From: Gammaproteobacteria bacterium
GTDB lineage: Bacteria > Pseudomonadota > Gammaproteobacteria > Eutrophobiales > Eutrophobiaceae
NCBI GenBank assembly: GCA_965243205.1
Contig: CBDEUK010000002.1
Coordinates: 256,001-320,000, forward strand
Reading direction: 5' to 3'
DNA: 64,000 bases
The position numbers and the translations under genes are program-made. Positions 27,925 to 39,239 of the stretch are shown piece by piece. Under the pieces are notes generated by a model. It saw nothing but the letters and a program-made list of their open reading frames with translations. It searched no databases and was not told the origin of the DNA. Every line of letters starts with the position of its first letter. Positions within the stretch are counted from its first letter, which is position 1.

Positions 27925-30900
27925 ATGCGCCTACGCAAGATTAAGTTATCCGGCTTTAAATCCTTTGTTGATCCAACCACCTTAACTGTCCCTGGACAAG
28001 TCGTAGGGATTGTTGGTCCTAACGGTTGTGGAAAGTCCAATATTATTGACGCCGTCACATGGGTGATGGGCGAGTCTTCTGCTAAGCACCTTCGTGGTGA
28101 TTCTCTGACCGATGTTATTTTCAATGGTAGTAACCAACGTCAGCCAGTTAGCCAGGCATCAGTTGAGTTAATTTTTGATAATACTGAAAAAAAATTGACT
28201 GGCGAATATGCAAGCTATAGCGAAATATCGGTTAAACGCCAAATTAATCGAGAAGCGGTTTCGACATATTACTTAAACGGCACTCGCTGTCGTCGTCGAG
28301 ATATTCAAGGAATATTTTTAGGTACTGGATTAGGTCCACGTGGTTATTCGATCATTGAACAAGGCACGATCTCACGTTTAATCGAAGCGAAACCTGAAGA
28401 GCTTAGAGGCTTTGTAGAGGAAGCGGCTGGTATTTCTAAATACAGAGAACGTCGTCGTGAGACCGAAAATCGTATTAAACATACCAAAGAAAATTTATCT
28501 AGAGTCAATGATATATATGAAGAGCTTGAGAAACAGCTTTCACATTTACAACGTCAAGCGAGAGCTGCTGAGCGTTACAAGGAACTCAAGTCAGAAGAAC
28601 GAAAATATCAAGCTGAACTGCTAGCACTGAATTGGCAAGAACTGAATAATAAAAATACCGAAGAACAAAAACAGATCGTAGATAGTGAAAATAAAGTTGA
28701 GCAAGCTATTGCGCAACTACGTGAACACGAAGCTGATTTAGAAAAACAACGTAGTGAATTGTCCAATGCGACAGAAAAACTGAGTGAACAACAATCAGTT
28801 TTTTATCAGGTGGGTTCAAATATTTCATCGATTGAACAAACTATTAAACACACAAATGAACGCATCGAAGCCAGCCAAAAAGATTTACAAGCGGCTGAGC
28901 AACAATCAACTGAAATTCAAGCGCAATTTAGCCAAGATAAACAACGCTTAACAGAATTAGGACAAGAAATTATATCTCTAGAGCCTAAGTTAAATGGTTC
29001 TCGTTCAGAAAGTGATAAAGCTTATGAAGGACTGAGTCTGGCTGAAAATGCCATGCAAAGTTGGCAAACTGAATGGGATAGTTTTCAACAGCAAGCGATT
29101 GATTGCGTGCAGACTCTCGAAGCCAGTAAATCTCGCAAAGAGTATTTAGAAACAAGTAAAGAAGAGCAAATCTATCGATTGCAATCGTTACAAGAAGAAT
29201 ACGATGGTATTGAACCTGCAAAATTAGAAGAGTCATTAGTTGAAAAGAAACAAGCAATAGAAACTGCTGTTGAAGAATTAGAAAATATTCAAGAGCAGTT
29301 AAATGCAGAACAAAAAAATCTTGAGCAGTTATTAGAGCAGCAACAATCGTTTAGTCGTGAACAAAACGAAAAACGCGAACAAAAACAAAAAGTCGCGGCA
29401 CGATTAGAAACGTTAAAAGCATTGCAAGAAAGCGCCTTAGGCGATGACGATAAAACAGTAGCTGATTGGTTAGAAAAAGCGGGATTAAATAATAACTCAC
29501 GTTTAGCTCAACAATTAAAAATCGATAGCGATTGGTCAGTGGCATTCGAAATTGTGTTAGCACAACACTTACAAGCGGTTTGTATTGATAACCTTAATAG
29601 TACCAGCATTCAATTAAATGACTTTGCTTCAGGCAAAGTTGAACTGATCGAAAACTATTCTACATATAATTCTAGCAGTACCAACGGTTGGCACTCATTA
29701 GCGGATAAAGTTATAGCTCCTGAAGCGGCAAAAAATTTGGTTGCAAATATTTGGATAGCAAATGATTTAACCACAGCATTAACTTTACGCGATCAACTTG
29801 AGCCAGGACATTCTATTGTAACAAAAGATGGTTTATGGATTGGCCAAAATTGGGTGCGTGTTGTCCGAGAAGGCGATACTGACAGCAGTATTATTACTCG
29901 CGAACAAAATATTAATGAATTAAATACTGAGTTATCTGGGTTAGAACAGCAGCTCCATTCGATTGATGCTTCTTTGGAAGATGCGAAAGAGAATATTTCT
30001 GAAAAAAATACGCTTATTAATTCTATTAAATCCAAACTCCAAGAACAGCAAACGACTGTATCTGAAAACAAAGGCCAGTTAGCCGCAGCTGAAAGTCAAT
30101 TAGAACAATTAACTCAAAGAGCTGAAAAGCTTAAAGAACAAATTGAAGAGCTGGAACGAAATCATGAACGTGATGCGGATGAATTAATTCGTATAGCTGC
30201 ACAATTAGTTGAGTCAGAAGAACTTAATATCAATATTGATTCTCAAAAATCCGAATTAGAAAGTTTGCGTGATAAACATCGTCAGTCTTTAGATAGTGCT
30301 AGAGAAATTTGGCAAAAGACTCACGAAGAAAGTCATTTAATTGCTTTACAACTAGAAGCAATAACCTCACAAAAAGCATCATTGGAACAAGCGATTAAAC
30401 GTAATGAAATGCAGATTGAGCATGTAACTCGTCGAAAACAAGAATTGGATCAATTAATTCAAGAGTCCTCAGCGCCTTTGGCCGAATTGCAAACTCAGTT
30501 AGAAACTAAACTGGCTGAAAAAGTAACTGCCGAAAAAGATCTCACTGAAGCGCGAACTGAAATGCAAAATATCGAAGCATCAATTCGTGAAACTGATGAA
30601 CAACGAGTGAAATCTGAACAAGCTGTTGCTGAACGCCGTGATGAATTAGAAAAAATTCGAATTAAAACGCATGAAACGAAAGTACGTTTACAAGGTATTG
30701 AAGAACAATTCGAATCCAGTGAAACAACTTTAGAAAATATTCTAGAAACATTAACCGAAGAAGCCAGCCAGCAAGAATGGGAAAAACATTTAGAATCACT
30801 GGCTAGGAAGATCCAAAGACTCGGCGCAATCAACCTAGCGGCAATTGATGAATTAGCTCAATTGTCAGAACGTCGCGAATATTTGGATAAACAACGTGCA

Positions 30901-31437
30901 GATTTAAATGAAGCACTGGAGACATTAGAAACAGCGATTCGTAAGATTGATCAAGAAACGAAAGAACGTTTCAAACAAACATTTGACCATTTAAATTCAA
31001 GTTTGAAAGAATTATTCCCACAAGTATTTGGTGGTGGTAGTGCTTATCTAGAATTAACCAGTCAAGACTTACTAGAAACAGGTATTACGATTATGGCGCG
31101 TCCACCGGGCAAACGTAATACAACCATCCATTTATTATCAGGTGGTGAAAAAGCATTAACGGCTGTTGCCTTGGTATTTTCTATATTCAAATTAAATCCA
31201 TCGCCATTTTGTATTTTGGATGAGGTTGATGCACCTTTAGATGATGCTAATGCGGCTCGTTTTAGCGAATTGGTTAAATCAATGTCGGATGATGTGCAGT
31301 TTATTGTGATTACACATAATAAAATTACCATGGAAATTGCTCAGCAATTATTAGGTGTAACAATGCATGAGCCAGGTGTTTCAAGACTAGTGACTGTAGA
31401 CGTAGATGCCGCAGTTGAAATGGCTGCGAGTGCTTAA
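27925..31437 (+). CDS. smc: chromosome segregation protein SMC
   Basis: GFKSF, GPNGCGKSN Walker A, long coiled coils and hinge, LLSGGEKAL, LDEVDAPLD. Start MRLRKIKL at 27925. Confidence 0.97.
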   Translation: MRLRKIKLSGFKSFVDPTTLTVPGQVVGIVGPNGCGKSNIIDAVTWVMGESSAKHLRGDSLTDVIFNGSNQRQPVSQASVELIFDNTEKKLTGEYASYSEISVKRQINREAVSTYYLNGTRCRRRDIQGIFLGTGLGPRGYSIIEQGTISRLIEAKPEELRGFVEEAAGISKYRERRRETENRIKHTKENLSRVNDIYEELEKQLSHLQRQARAAERYKELKSEERKYQAELLALNWQELNNKNTEEQKQIVDSENKVEQAIAQLREHEADLEKQRSELSNATEKLSEQQSVFYQVGSNISSIEQTIKHTNERIEASQKDLQAAEQQSTEIQAQFSQDKQRLTELGQEIISLEPKLNGSRSESDKAYEGLSLAENAMQSWQTEWDSFQQQAIDCVQTLEASKSRKEYLETSKEEQIYRLQSLQEEYDGIEPAKLEESLVEKKQAIETAVEELENIQEQLNAEQKNLEQLLEQQQSFSREQNEKREQKQKVAARLETLKALQESALGDDDKTVADWLEKAGLNNNSRLAQQLKIDSDWSVAFEIVLAQHLQAVCIDNLNSTSIQLNDFASGKVELIENYSTYNSSSTNGWHSLADKVIAPEAAKNLVANIWIANDLTTALTLRDQLEPGHSIVTKDGLWIGQNWVRVVREGDTDSSIITREQNINELNTELSGLEQQLHSIDASLEDAKENISEKNTLINSIKSKLQEQQTTVSENKGQLAAAESQLEQLTQRAEKLKEQIEELERNHERDADELIRIAAQLVESEELNINIDSQKSELESLRDKHRQSLDSAREIWQKTHEESHLIALQLEAITSQKASLEQAIKRNEMQIEHVTRRKQELDQLIQESSAPLAELQTQLETKLAEKVTAEKDLTEARTEMQNIEASIRETDEQRVKSEQAVAERRDELEKIRIKTHETKVRLQGIEEQFESSETTLENILETLTEEASQQEWEKHLESLARKIQRLGAINLAAIDELAQLSERREYLDKQRADLNEALETLETAIRKIDQETKERFKQTFDHLNSSLKELFPQVFGGGSAYLELTSQDLLETGITIMARPPGKRNTTIHLLSGGEKALTAVALVFSIFKLNPSPFCILDEVDAPLDDANAARFSELVKSMSDDVQFIVITHNKITMEIAQQLLGVTMHEPGVSRLVTVDVDAAVEMAASA

Positions 31438-31508
31438 ATAAGTTTTTTTGACGTTCTGACTTAAGTCCAGTATTTTAGAATCATTATTGTTTGAGGTAAT
31501 GTTTCTCC

Positions 31509-32426
31509 ATGGAAAATTTACGTTGGGTTCTATTAGGAATCGGCGCTTTATTAATCATCGGCATCTATCTCTGGGATTACTTTAATAAAAAGAATATTCC
31601 CAAACGCCGTTCTGAAGTTATTTTTAATGGCGATAATGATTCTGACTTGCCGATGACTCCCTACGATGATGAACCTCGCGATTATCTTGATGCCATTTCT
31701 GGACTAAATAAAGTATTAGATCACGATGAGCCTGAATCTAATTCAGTGCCAACTCAGATGGTAATTGATGATTTAGAGCCTGATATTGTTGATGAAAATT
31801 TTTCTAATACTGAAGCTCAAAAGAAAGAGCCTAAAATTCGTACTGTTATTCCACGATCAAAACCTGAAAAGCCCTATGATTTAGATAAAGAGTTTTTTGG
31901 TGATCCTATTGTTGATGATGTTGAATCCATTTCTACTGGTGAAGTTGTAGAGGATGAAAATGTTGAACAATCAATAGAAACTGAAGAGCCTGAACATAGT
32001 GAAGAAAATATACCTGAAGATGAACTCATCATAATGCGTATTACTTCCAAAGAAGATGATGAATTTAAAGGGTTAAAGCTATTGACTGCGACAAAAAATG
32101 TTGAAATGAAATTTGGTAATATGAATATATTCCATCATTACGGTGTTGGAGATATGAAAACTGAAAAACCACTTTTTAGTTTAGCGAATATGTATGAGCC
32201 TGGAGAATTTAACTTGCAAGAAATGGATAGCTTTACGACGAAAGGAATTGTTTTATATATGTCACTTCCAACTCCAATTGACGCAATGAGCAGTTTCGAA
32301 TTGATGCTTAATACGTGTCAACGAATAGCGGATGATTTAGATGGCGAATTGAAAGGAGAACGTGGTGAGTTGGTAGATGATGCTGTGATCGATTCACTAC
32401 GAGAAAAAGTTCGACGTTTTTCATAA
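31509..32426 (+). CDS. zipA: cell division protein ZipA
   Basis: N-terminal TM, acidic/Pro linker, C-terminal FGNMNIFH...FSLAN..EPG.F domain; smc-zipA-ligA synteny. Confidence 0.85.
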   Translation: MENLRWVLLGIGALLIIGIYLWDYFNKKNIPKRRSEVIFNGDNDSDLPMTPYDDEPRDYLDAISGLNKVLDHDEPESNSVPTQMVIDDLEPDIVDENFSNTEAQKKEPKIRTVIPRSKPEKPYDLDKEFFGDPIVDDVESISTGEVVEDENVEQSIETEEPEHSEENIPEDELIIMRITSKEDDEFKGLKLLTATKNVEMKFGNMNIFHHYGVGDMKTEKPLFSLANMYEPGEFNLQEMDSFTTKGIVLYMSLPTPIDAMSSFELMLNTCQRIADDLDGELKGERGELVDDAVIDSLREKVRRFS

Positions 32427-34445
<2,019 letters not shown>

Positions 34446-34620
34446 TCAATAGTTACTTTGGGAATTTATAAAGCTACATGACTGCTATTTTATAAAATGA
34501 GAAATTGCAGTCAGATGTTAAAATAAACTACTGAAATTGAATGTTATTACTGATATTACTTTGTAATTTTTTACAACTGGGCTATGATTAAAATTCAGTA
34601 TAGCTATACAGTTTTAGTTA

Positions 34621-34881
34621 ATGAGGCTCAATATGAAAAATCGATTATTTAAACAACTTGGCCAAGGGATGACCGAATATATCATCATCATTGCTTTGAT
34701 TGCGATTGCAGCTATTGGTGCGTTCACTTTCTTTGGCGATGGTCTTAAAGGTACTATCGGCGTGGTTACCGAAGAACTGACAGGTAGTGATTCAGCTGCT
34801 ACTCAAGTGAACAAAGCTGGTTCTGAAGCAAGCGGGGCAGCCAATCGAGATATGTCAGATTTTACCGAAGGTGATAAATAA
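34621..34881 (+). CDS. flp: Flp major pilin
   Basis: G|QGMTEY prepilin site (Glu at +5, Tyr at +6) followed by a hydrophobic helix; first gene of the Tad locus. Start may be 34633. Confidence 0.85.
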   Translation: MRLNMKNRLFKQLGQGMTEYIIIIALIAIAAIGAFTFFGDGLKGTIGVVTEELTGSDSAATQVNKAGSEASGAANRDMSDFTEGDK

Positions 34882-34970
34882 CAAAACGGTTAAAGTTCTA
34901 GTTATTTTCTTCGCATAAGAATGATAAAACAGTATTTGTAGACAGATACTCTATCAATATCATTCAATTC

Positions 34971-35003
34971 TCCCTAACCGCTCATATCTCAGAGCGGTTA
35001 GGA
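34971..35003 (+). promoter_or_regulatory. intercistronic hairpin after flp
   Basis: CCTAACCGCTC-ATATCTCA-GAGCGGTTAGG stem-loop; probable mRNA stabiliser or partial terminator. Confidence 0.55.
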
Positions 35004-35076
35004 GTTCAACTTTTAATGTTTTCCTTTGGTATGAGTATGAATCGTCATAATTTACCAAGCTTGAAAGGAAATTAGA

Positions 35077-36936
35077 TTGGTTAAACTTCCACCAGCACTA
35101 AAAAAACAAAGCGGGCAATCCGCAGTGTTGGTTATTCTATTCTCTTTAATCTTATTAACTTCTACATTTGCCATGTTTAAAGCTGGCAAATTGACCACTA
35201 ATAAAATGCAGCTGCAAAATGCAGCTGATGCTGCTGTGTATAGTATGTCGGTTATAGAATCGAGAGATTTAAATTTCGCTTCTTATATGAATCGAGGCAT
35301 TGTTGCGAATGAGGTTGCTATTGGACAATTTGTCGGGCTTGCCTCATGGGCATATCATTTCAAATCATTTGCTGACTATGTCGATACCTACGATAAGTTT
35401 GTTTTATCTCCAATCACTCTAGGTACTTCAACACCAATAGTAACTGCGGTAACAGGTCCTTGGCGAGGGGCTGGGCAGTCCGCTATAACCGTCATGAGCA
35501 AACTTGCTAATGTTGCAACACTAGTTTTTCATAATATCAATAAAATTTATGGTTACTCTGAATTGGGTTATCACACTGTGAGTGTAATTTCTGCTGCAGG
35601 AGTTATCGATGATGTAATTACAGAAAATGGGCCGCCAGGCACCAAGGTTTCAGATTTTGGGATCATTTCACTCATTGCTCATGTGGCAACCTACGGTGTA
35701 TTGCCAAATCTGCCAGGTGAACAATTCGCGACCGGATATTTACCTGGTTCAAGAATGGATGTTGATGATTTTGGTAATGACGATAGTGGTTACGCAAGAT
35801 TAGCCGCATTGATAAGAGATTCACGTGATCCTTTTACAATGGCCAGAGGTTGGGAGCTAAGACCCCCCGGATTTCCTCTGGAAATCGAGTTACATCCTAG
35901 TTTTGGTATTGATATCGGAGTGGCTTCAGTTAGTTTCGGTTTTGATTTTGAATTGACGTTTGATCTTTCTTTAGAGCGTAAAGGTGGTAGTGAACTGAGA
36001 TTTGTTTTACCGGATAGTGGGAATATCACTGCGGGACAGCATGCAAACTGGTCGAGTGCTGATGCAACTGGATTATTTGTATTTATTGATTTCTTTTTTA
36101 GGGCATGGGCTGAAGCTTGTGTGGCGATACTCGGCTGTGCTGACATCAGTATTGGAGGTAGTTTTGAATTTGGCGATTCGAAAGCCAGTTTAGTGCTACA
36201 TGTACTAGGTCAAGATATTACGATTGTTCCTGAAATACCATTTCCAACATCCGCGCCATTTGGTTCTGGTTTTGCAGAAGTCGGTAAAAATTCGCCAAAT
36301 AATCTAGGTTTAGATGATATGGCTCTAGCATCACTAGGAGGTGTAGTTGAGACAGAGCGTTATGGAGAAGCGGCTAATAATATGTTGGCTTGGACATCTC
36401 CTGGGCCTGGTCCGATCCCACCAGTGGGTATTGGTTTTGCAGGTGCTCCACCTTATGAATCCATTTTGGGCTCTAGGGTAAATAAAAGCTACGCCGGTTT
36501 ACCTGCTTATGTAGATACTACAGGTAAAGGGCCATTTTTGGATATTGGTGCTCCATATATATTATTAGGTTTGGTACAAGATGAATCTGATTACGATACC
36601 TATTATAAAAATGATGGCACCGTTGAAAACTCACAAGAGCCAGCTGGGCGATTAAGACTGAATGAGTCTTTAGCCGATGATGAATTGGCGGTATTAGCAA
36701 AATCTGAGGTGTATTTCGCGAGACCGACGGATGCTCTGGCTTCACATTTTCATCGTGGAGATGATTTAGGAGAAACAGGCAGTGCCTTTAACCCATATTG
36801 GCAGGCTCGATTAGTAGATACTAGCTATGCGGATCGAACCTTGGCTTTAGCAATTCAACAAAAACAGGATTTTGTGAATTTGAGCAATTCATTTGATTCG
36901 CTTTTAAATAAGCTTTCATCGATACTTCCTTTTTAA
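35077..36936 (+). CDS. TadG-like pilus tip/minor pilin protein
   Basis: SGQSAVL leader plus TM, LQNAADAAVYS Tad domain, AYMNR..VANEVAIGQ-like segment, C-terminal SAFNPYWQARL. Confidence 0.8.
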   Translation: MVKLPPALKKQSGQSAVLVILFSLILLTSTFAMFKAGKLTTNKMQLQNAADAAVYSMSVIESRDLNFASYMNRGIVANEVAIGQFVGLASWAYHFKSFADYVDTYDKFVLSPITLGTSTPIVTAVTGPWRGAGQSAITVMSKLANVATLVFHNINKIYGYSELGYHTVSVISAAGVIDDVITENGPPGTKVSDFGIISLIAHVATYGVLPNLPGEQFATGYLPGSRMDVDDFGNDDSGYARLAALIRDSRDPFTMARGWELRPPGFPLEIELHPSFGIDIGVASVSFGFDFELTFDLSLERKGGSELRFVLPDSGNITAGQHANWSSADATGLFVFIDFFFRAWAEACVAILGCADISIGGSFEFGDSKASLVLHVLGQDITIVPEIPFPTSAPFGSGFAEVGKNSPNNLGLDDMALASLGGVVETERYGEAANNMLAWTSPGPGPIPPVGIGFAGAPPYESILGSRVNKSYAGLPAYVDTTGKGPFLDIGAPYILLGLVQDESDYDTYYKNDGTVENSQEPAGRLRLNESLADDELAVLAKSEVYFARPTDALASHFHRGDDLGETGSAFNPYWQARLVDTSYADRTLALAIQQKQDFVNLSNSFDSLLNKLSSILPF

Positions 36937-36954
36937 ACTGAGATAATCATTAAA

Positions 36955-38070
36955 ATGAAGCAGCTGAAGAATTTAAAAGTAGATAATCAAGGTCAAGCTA
37001 TGACCGAGTTTATTATCAGTGCTTCTTTCTTTTTAATTCCTCTCTTTTTAGGTTTATCTCTGATCGCAAAATATATCGATATTAAACAAGCGAACGTACA
37101 AGCTGCGCGATATCAAGCATGGGAATATACGGTTTGGTTTGCTAACGATACTGAACGAGGCATTGATTATAATAGCGGTAGTATCAGTAATGGAGGTGAA
37201 GTTTCTGGCGGCTTTACCGAATTCGACTTGCCTGTGAAAACGACCGCGATAACACGCGATGAAGCAAAGCGCCGTTTCTATAGTAACCCTGGTAATGAAG
37301 ATACGACTTTAGAGATTAACTCTAGCGATGGTATCACTGGTTGGGAAACGGCTACTGCGAATCCATTATGGAAAGATCATACTGGCATGCGTTTATATCA
37401 AGGTGTCGATGGTAGTGGTTCGGTTCTGACAAGTTCTACTGAAACACCTACCTTGCCGGTTGTTGGCGATGTTATGAATTTTATTTTAGAAGGTATTGGA
37501 CTTGTGTTTGGGGTTGTAGCAGATTTAATGTCGGCTATTGGTTCGAATGTTGGTTTTAATGCTATTACAACGGAAGGTTATGCGATGTCCACAGAGTCAA
37601 TGCGCATCGCTAGACCGGCAAACTATCGAACGCTTTTGGGATTAGATGATAGCTTAGCTACTAATTCGATTGCTGCCAGTGATTTTAATTTCATGTCAAA
37701 GGCATCTGTGTTATCTGATGGATGGAATGCGGGTGGTAAAGAACATACCTATAACCAAGTTGGTGGTATGGTGCCTACGACATTATTAAATGAATTATTT
37801 AACCAAATACCGGGCTTTACAACAATTTGGAATATTGCTTCAGTTTTGGCTCCTGAGTTACGTTTATGTAACCCTGGACCGCCTTGGCCCAGTGATGATA
37901 AAGGTAGTCTTTGGTTAGGTCATATTGATATTGATGCTGTTCATCCTGATCGACTGGTTCCTGATCTTAGTAAACCAGACGAAAACAATGGTACTCATCA
38001 ATGCGAGAATGGTTTTTGCGATTTTGATCCAGTTGTTCCACGTACAGAGGATTCTCGAACATGTCGATAA
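36955..38070 (+). CDS. TadE-like minor pilin
   Basis: GQAMTEF plus TM, AARYQAWE; Cys-containing C-terminus. Confidence 0.78.
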   Translation: MKQLKNLKVDNQGQAMTEFIISASFFLIPLFLGLSLIAKYIDIKQANVQAARYQAWEYTVWFANDTERGIDYNSGSISNGGEVSGGFTEFDLPVKTTAITRDEAKRRFYSNPGNEDTTLEINSSDGITGWETATANPLWKDHTGMRLYQGVDGSGSVLTSSTETPTLPVVGDVMNFILEGIGLVFGVVADLMSAIGSNVGFNAITTEGYAMSTESMRIARPANYRTLLGLDDSLATNSIAASDFNFMSKASVLSDGWNAGGKEHTYNQVGGMVPTTLLNELFNQIPGFTTIWNIASVLAPELRLCNPGPPWPSDDKGSLWLGHIDIDAVHPDRLVPDLSKPDENNGTHQCENGFCDFDPVVPRTEDSRTCR

Positions 38071-38819
38071 TCAAAGGTGCAACTTTGATTAAAAGCATCT
38101 TATTCAACAAGAATAAAAAATATGTATTATTTATTTCGTTAAGTATCTTATTATTCCCAAACCTATCTTCTGCAGGTAAACCTGATTTTCCTGCTCCGCC
38201 AGACGCAGCGGTGGAGACTGTAGCTAATAATATGAGTGTTAACGGAATAAAATCTGATATCCGTGCATTTCATACCAGTGATTCCATCGAAGAGGTGGTC
38301 GAGTTTTATCGAAGTGAATGGAAACGGCCTATCAAAAAAGGTATGCCTGGGTTTATGGAAACCATCGATGCTGCTCCTTGGTATATCATCAGTCGTATAG
38401 AAGATGATTATTTAATGACGGTCCAGGTCCAAGTTAAGGCAAACGATAAATCGGGTTCATGGGGTTACCTTTCTATCAGTCCTCTTCCAGAACCAGATTC
38501 TAGAGCACCAGAGCTTGGTAAAACTGTACCGAAAATTTCAGGGAGTATAGTGATGAATGAGATGAAGCATGATGATCCTGGTAAAAAAGGTACCACTACC
38601 ATTATCTCTAATACTCATTCCGTAAAGAACAATGCTGATTATTATCAAAATCATTATCGTGGCAAAGGTTGGACAGAAGAAACAAATCAGCGCTTAGGCA
38701 CAGATGAAGGACATTCATTAGTCTACAAGACAAGACGAGATCGCGTTACTATTATGATTCTTAAAGATAAGCATTATACTCGTGTGGTACTTAACTCAGT
38801 AAAAAACACATTATTTTAG
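38061..38819 (+). CDS. secreted Tad-locus hypothetical protein
   Basis: Signal peptide; overlaps the upstream stop; lies inside the operon. Confidence 0.7.
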   Translation: MSIIKGATLIKSILFNKNKKYVLFISLSILLFPNLSSAGKPDFPAPPDAAVETVANNMSVNGIKSDIRAFHTSDSIEEVVEFYRSEWKRPIKKGMPGFMETIDAAPWYIISRIEDDYLMTVQVQVKANDKSGSWGYLSISPLPEPDSRAPELGKTVPKISGSIVMNEMKHDDPGKKGTTTIISNTHSVKNNADYYQNHYRGKGWTEETNQRLGTDEGHSLVYKTRRDRVTIMILKDKHYTRVVLNSVKNTLF

Positions 38820-38835
38820 TGATAAAGAAATTTAT

Positions 38836-39198
38836 ATGATGAATTTAAATAAGCTTAAACGAAATCAATGTGGACAAGGTATGGTTGAATACGTTGTGGT
38901 GCTTATGTTTGGGGTTATGGTTTTAACTATCGGGCCAGGGGGAGATATATTGCTAGACTTATTAGCTGTCTTGCATGATAACCATCAAGGTTATTCTTAC
39001 GCTACATCTCTATCGGATTTGCCGCAACACGATAATCTCGGCGAGTATATTCTTGAAGCTAATGGCGAAGACATCACGGCCGTTGAAAATAAATTAAAAC
39101 AGTTATACGACTCTGTTCCTTCATCACCTACATTTGAATTTCCAAATGATTTACCACCCAATGCGTCTGATATAACGGATGGTTTATCATTCTTTTAA
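38836..39198 (+). CDS. Flp/TadE-like minor pilin
   Basis: G|QGMVEY plus hydrophobic helix. Confidence 0.75.
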   Translation: MMNLNKLKRNQCGQGMVEYVVVLMFGVMVLTIGPGGDILLDLLAVLHDNHQGYSYATSLSDLPQHDNLGEYILEANGEDITAVENKLKQLYDSVPSSPTFEFPNDLPPNASDITDGLSFF

Positions 39199-39239
39199 CA
39201 CTTTTATCTTGTAACCATCAAAATTAATAAAAAAATAAA

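Noticed and set aside
34971-35003. CCTAAC...GTTAGG hairpin as a solitary attC or a repeat family with 18890-18913
   Set aside because: Too short (about 32 bp) for attC, no L boxes, and only about 8 bp shared with the other hairpin.
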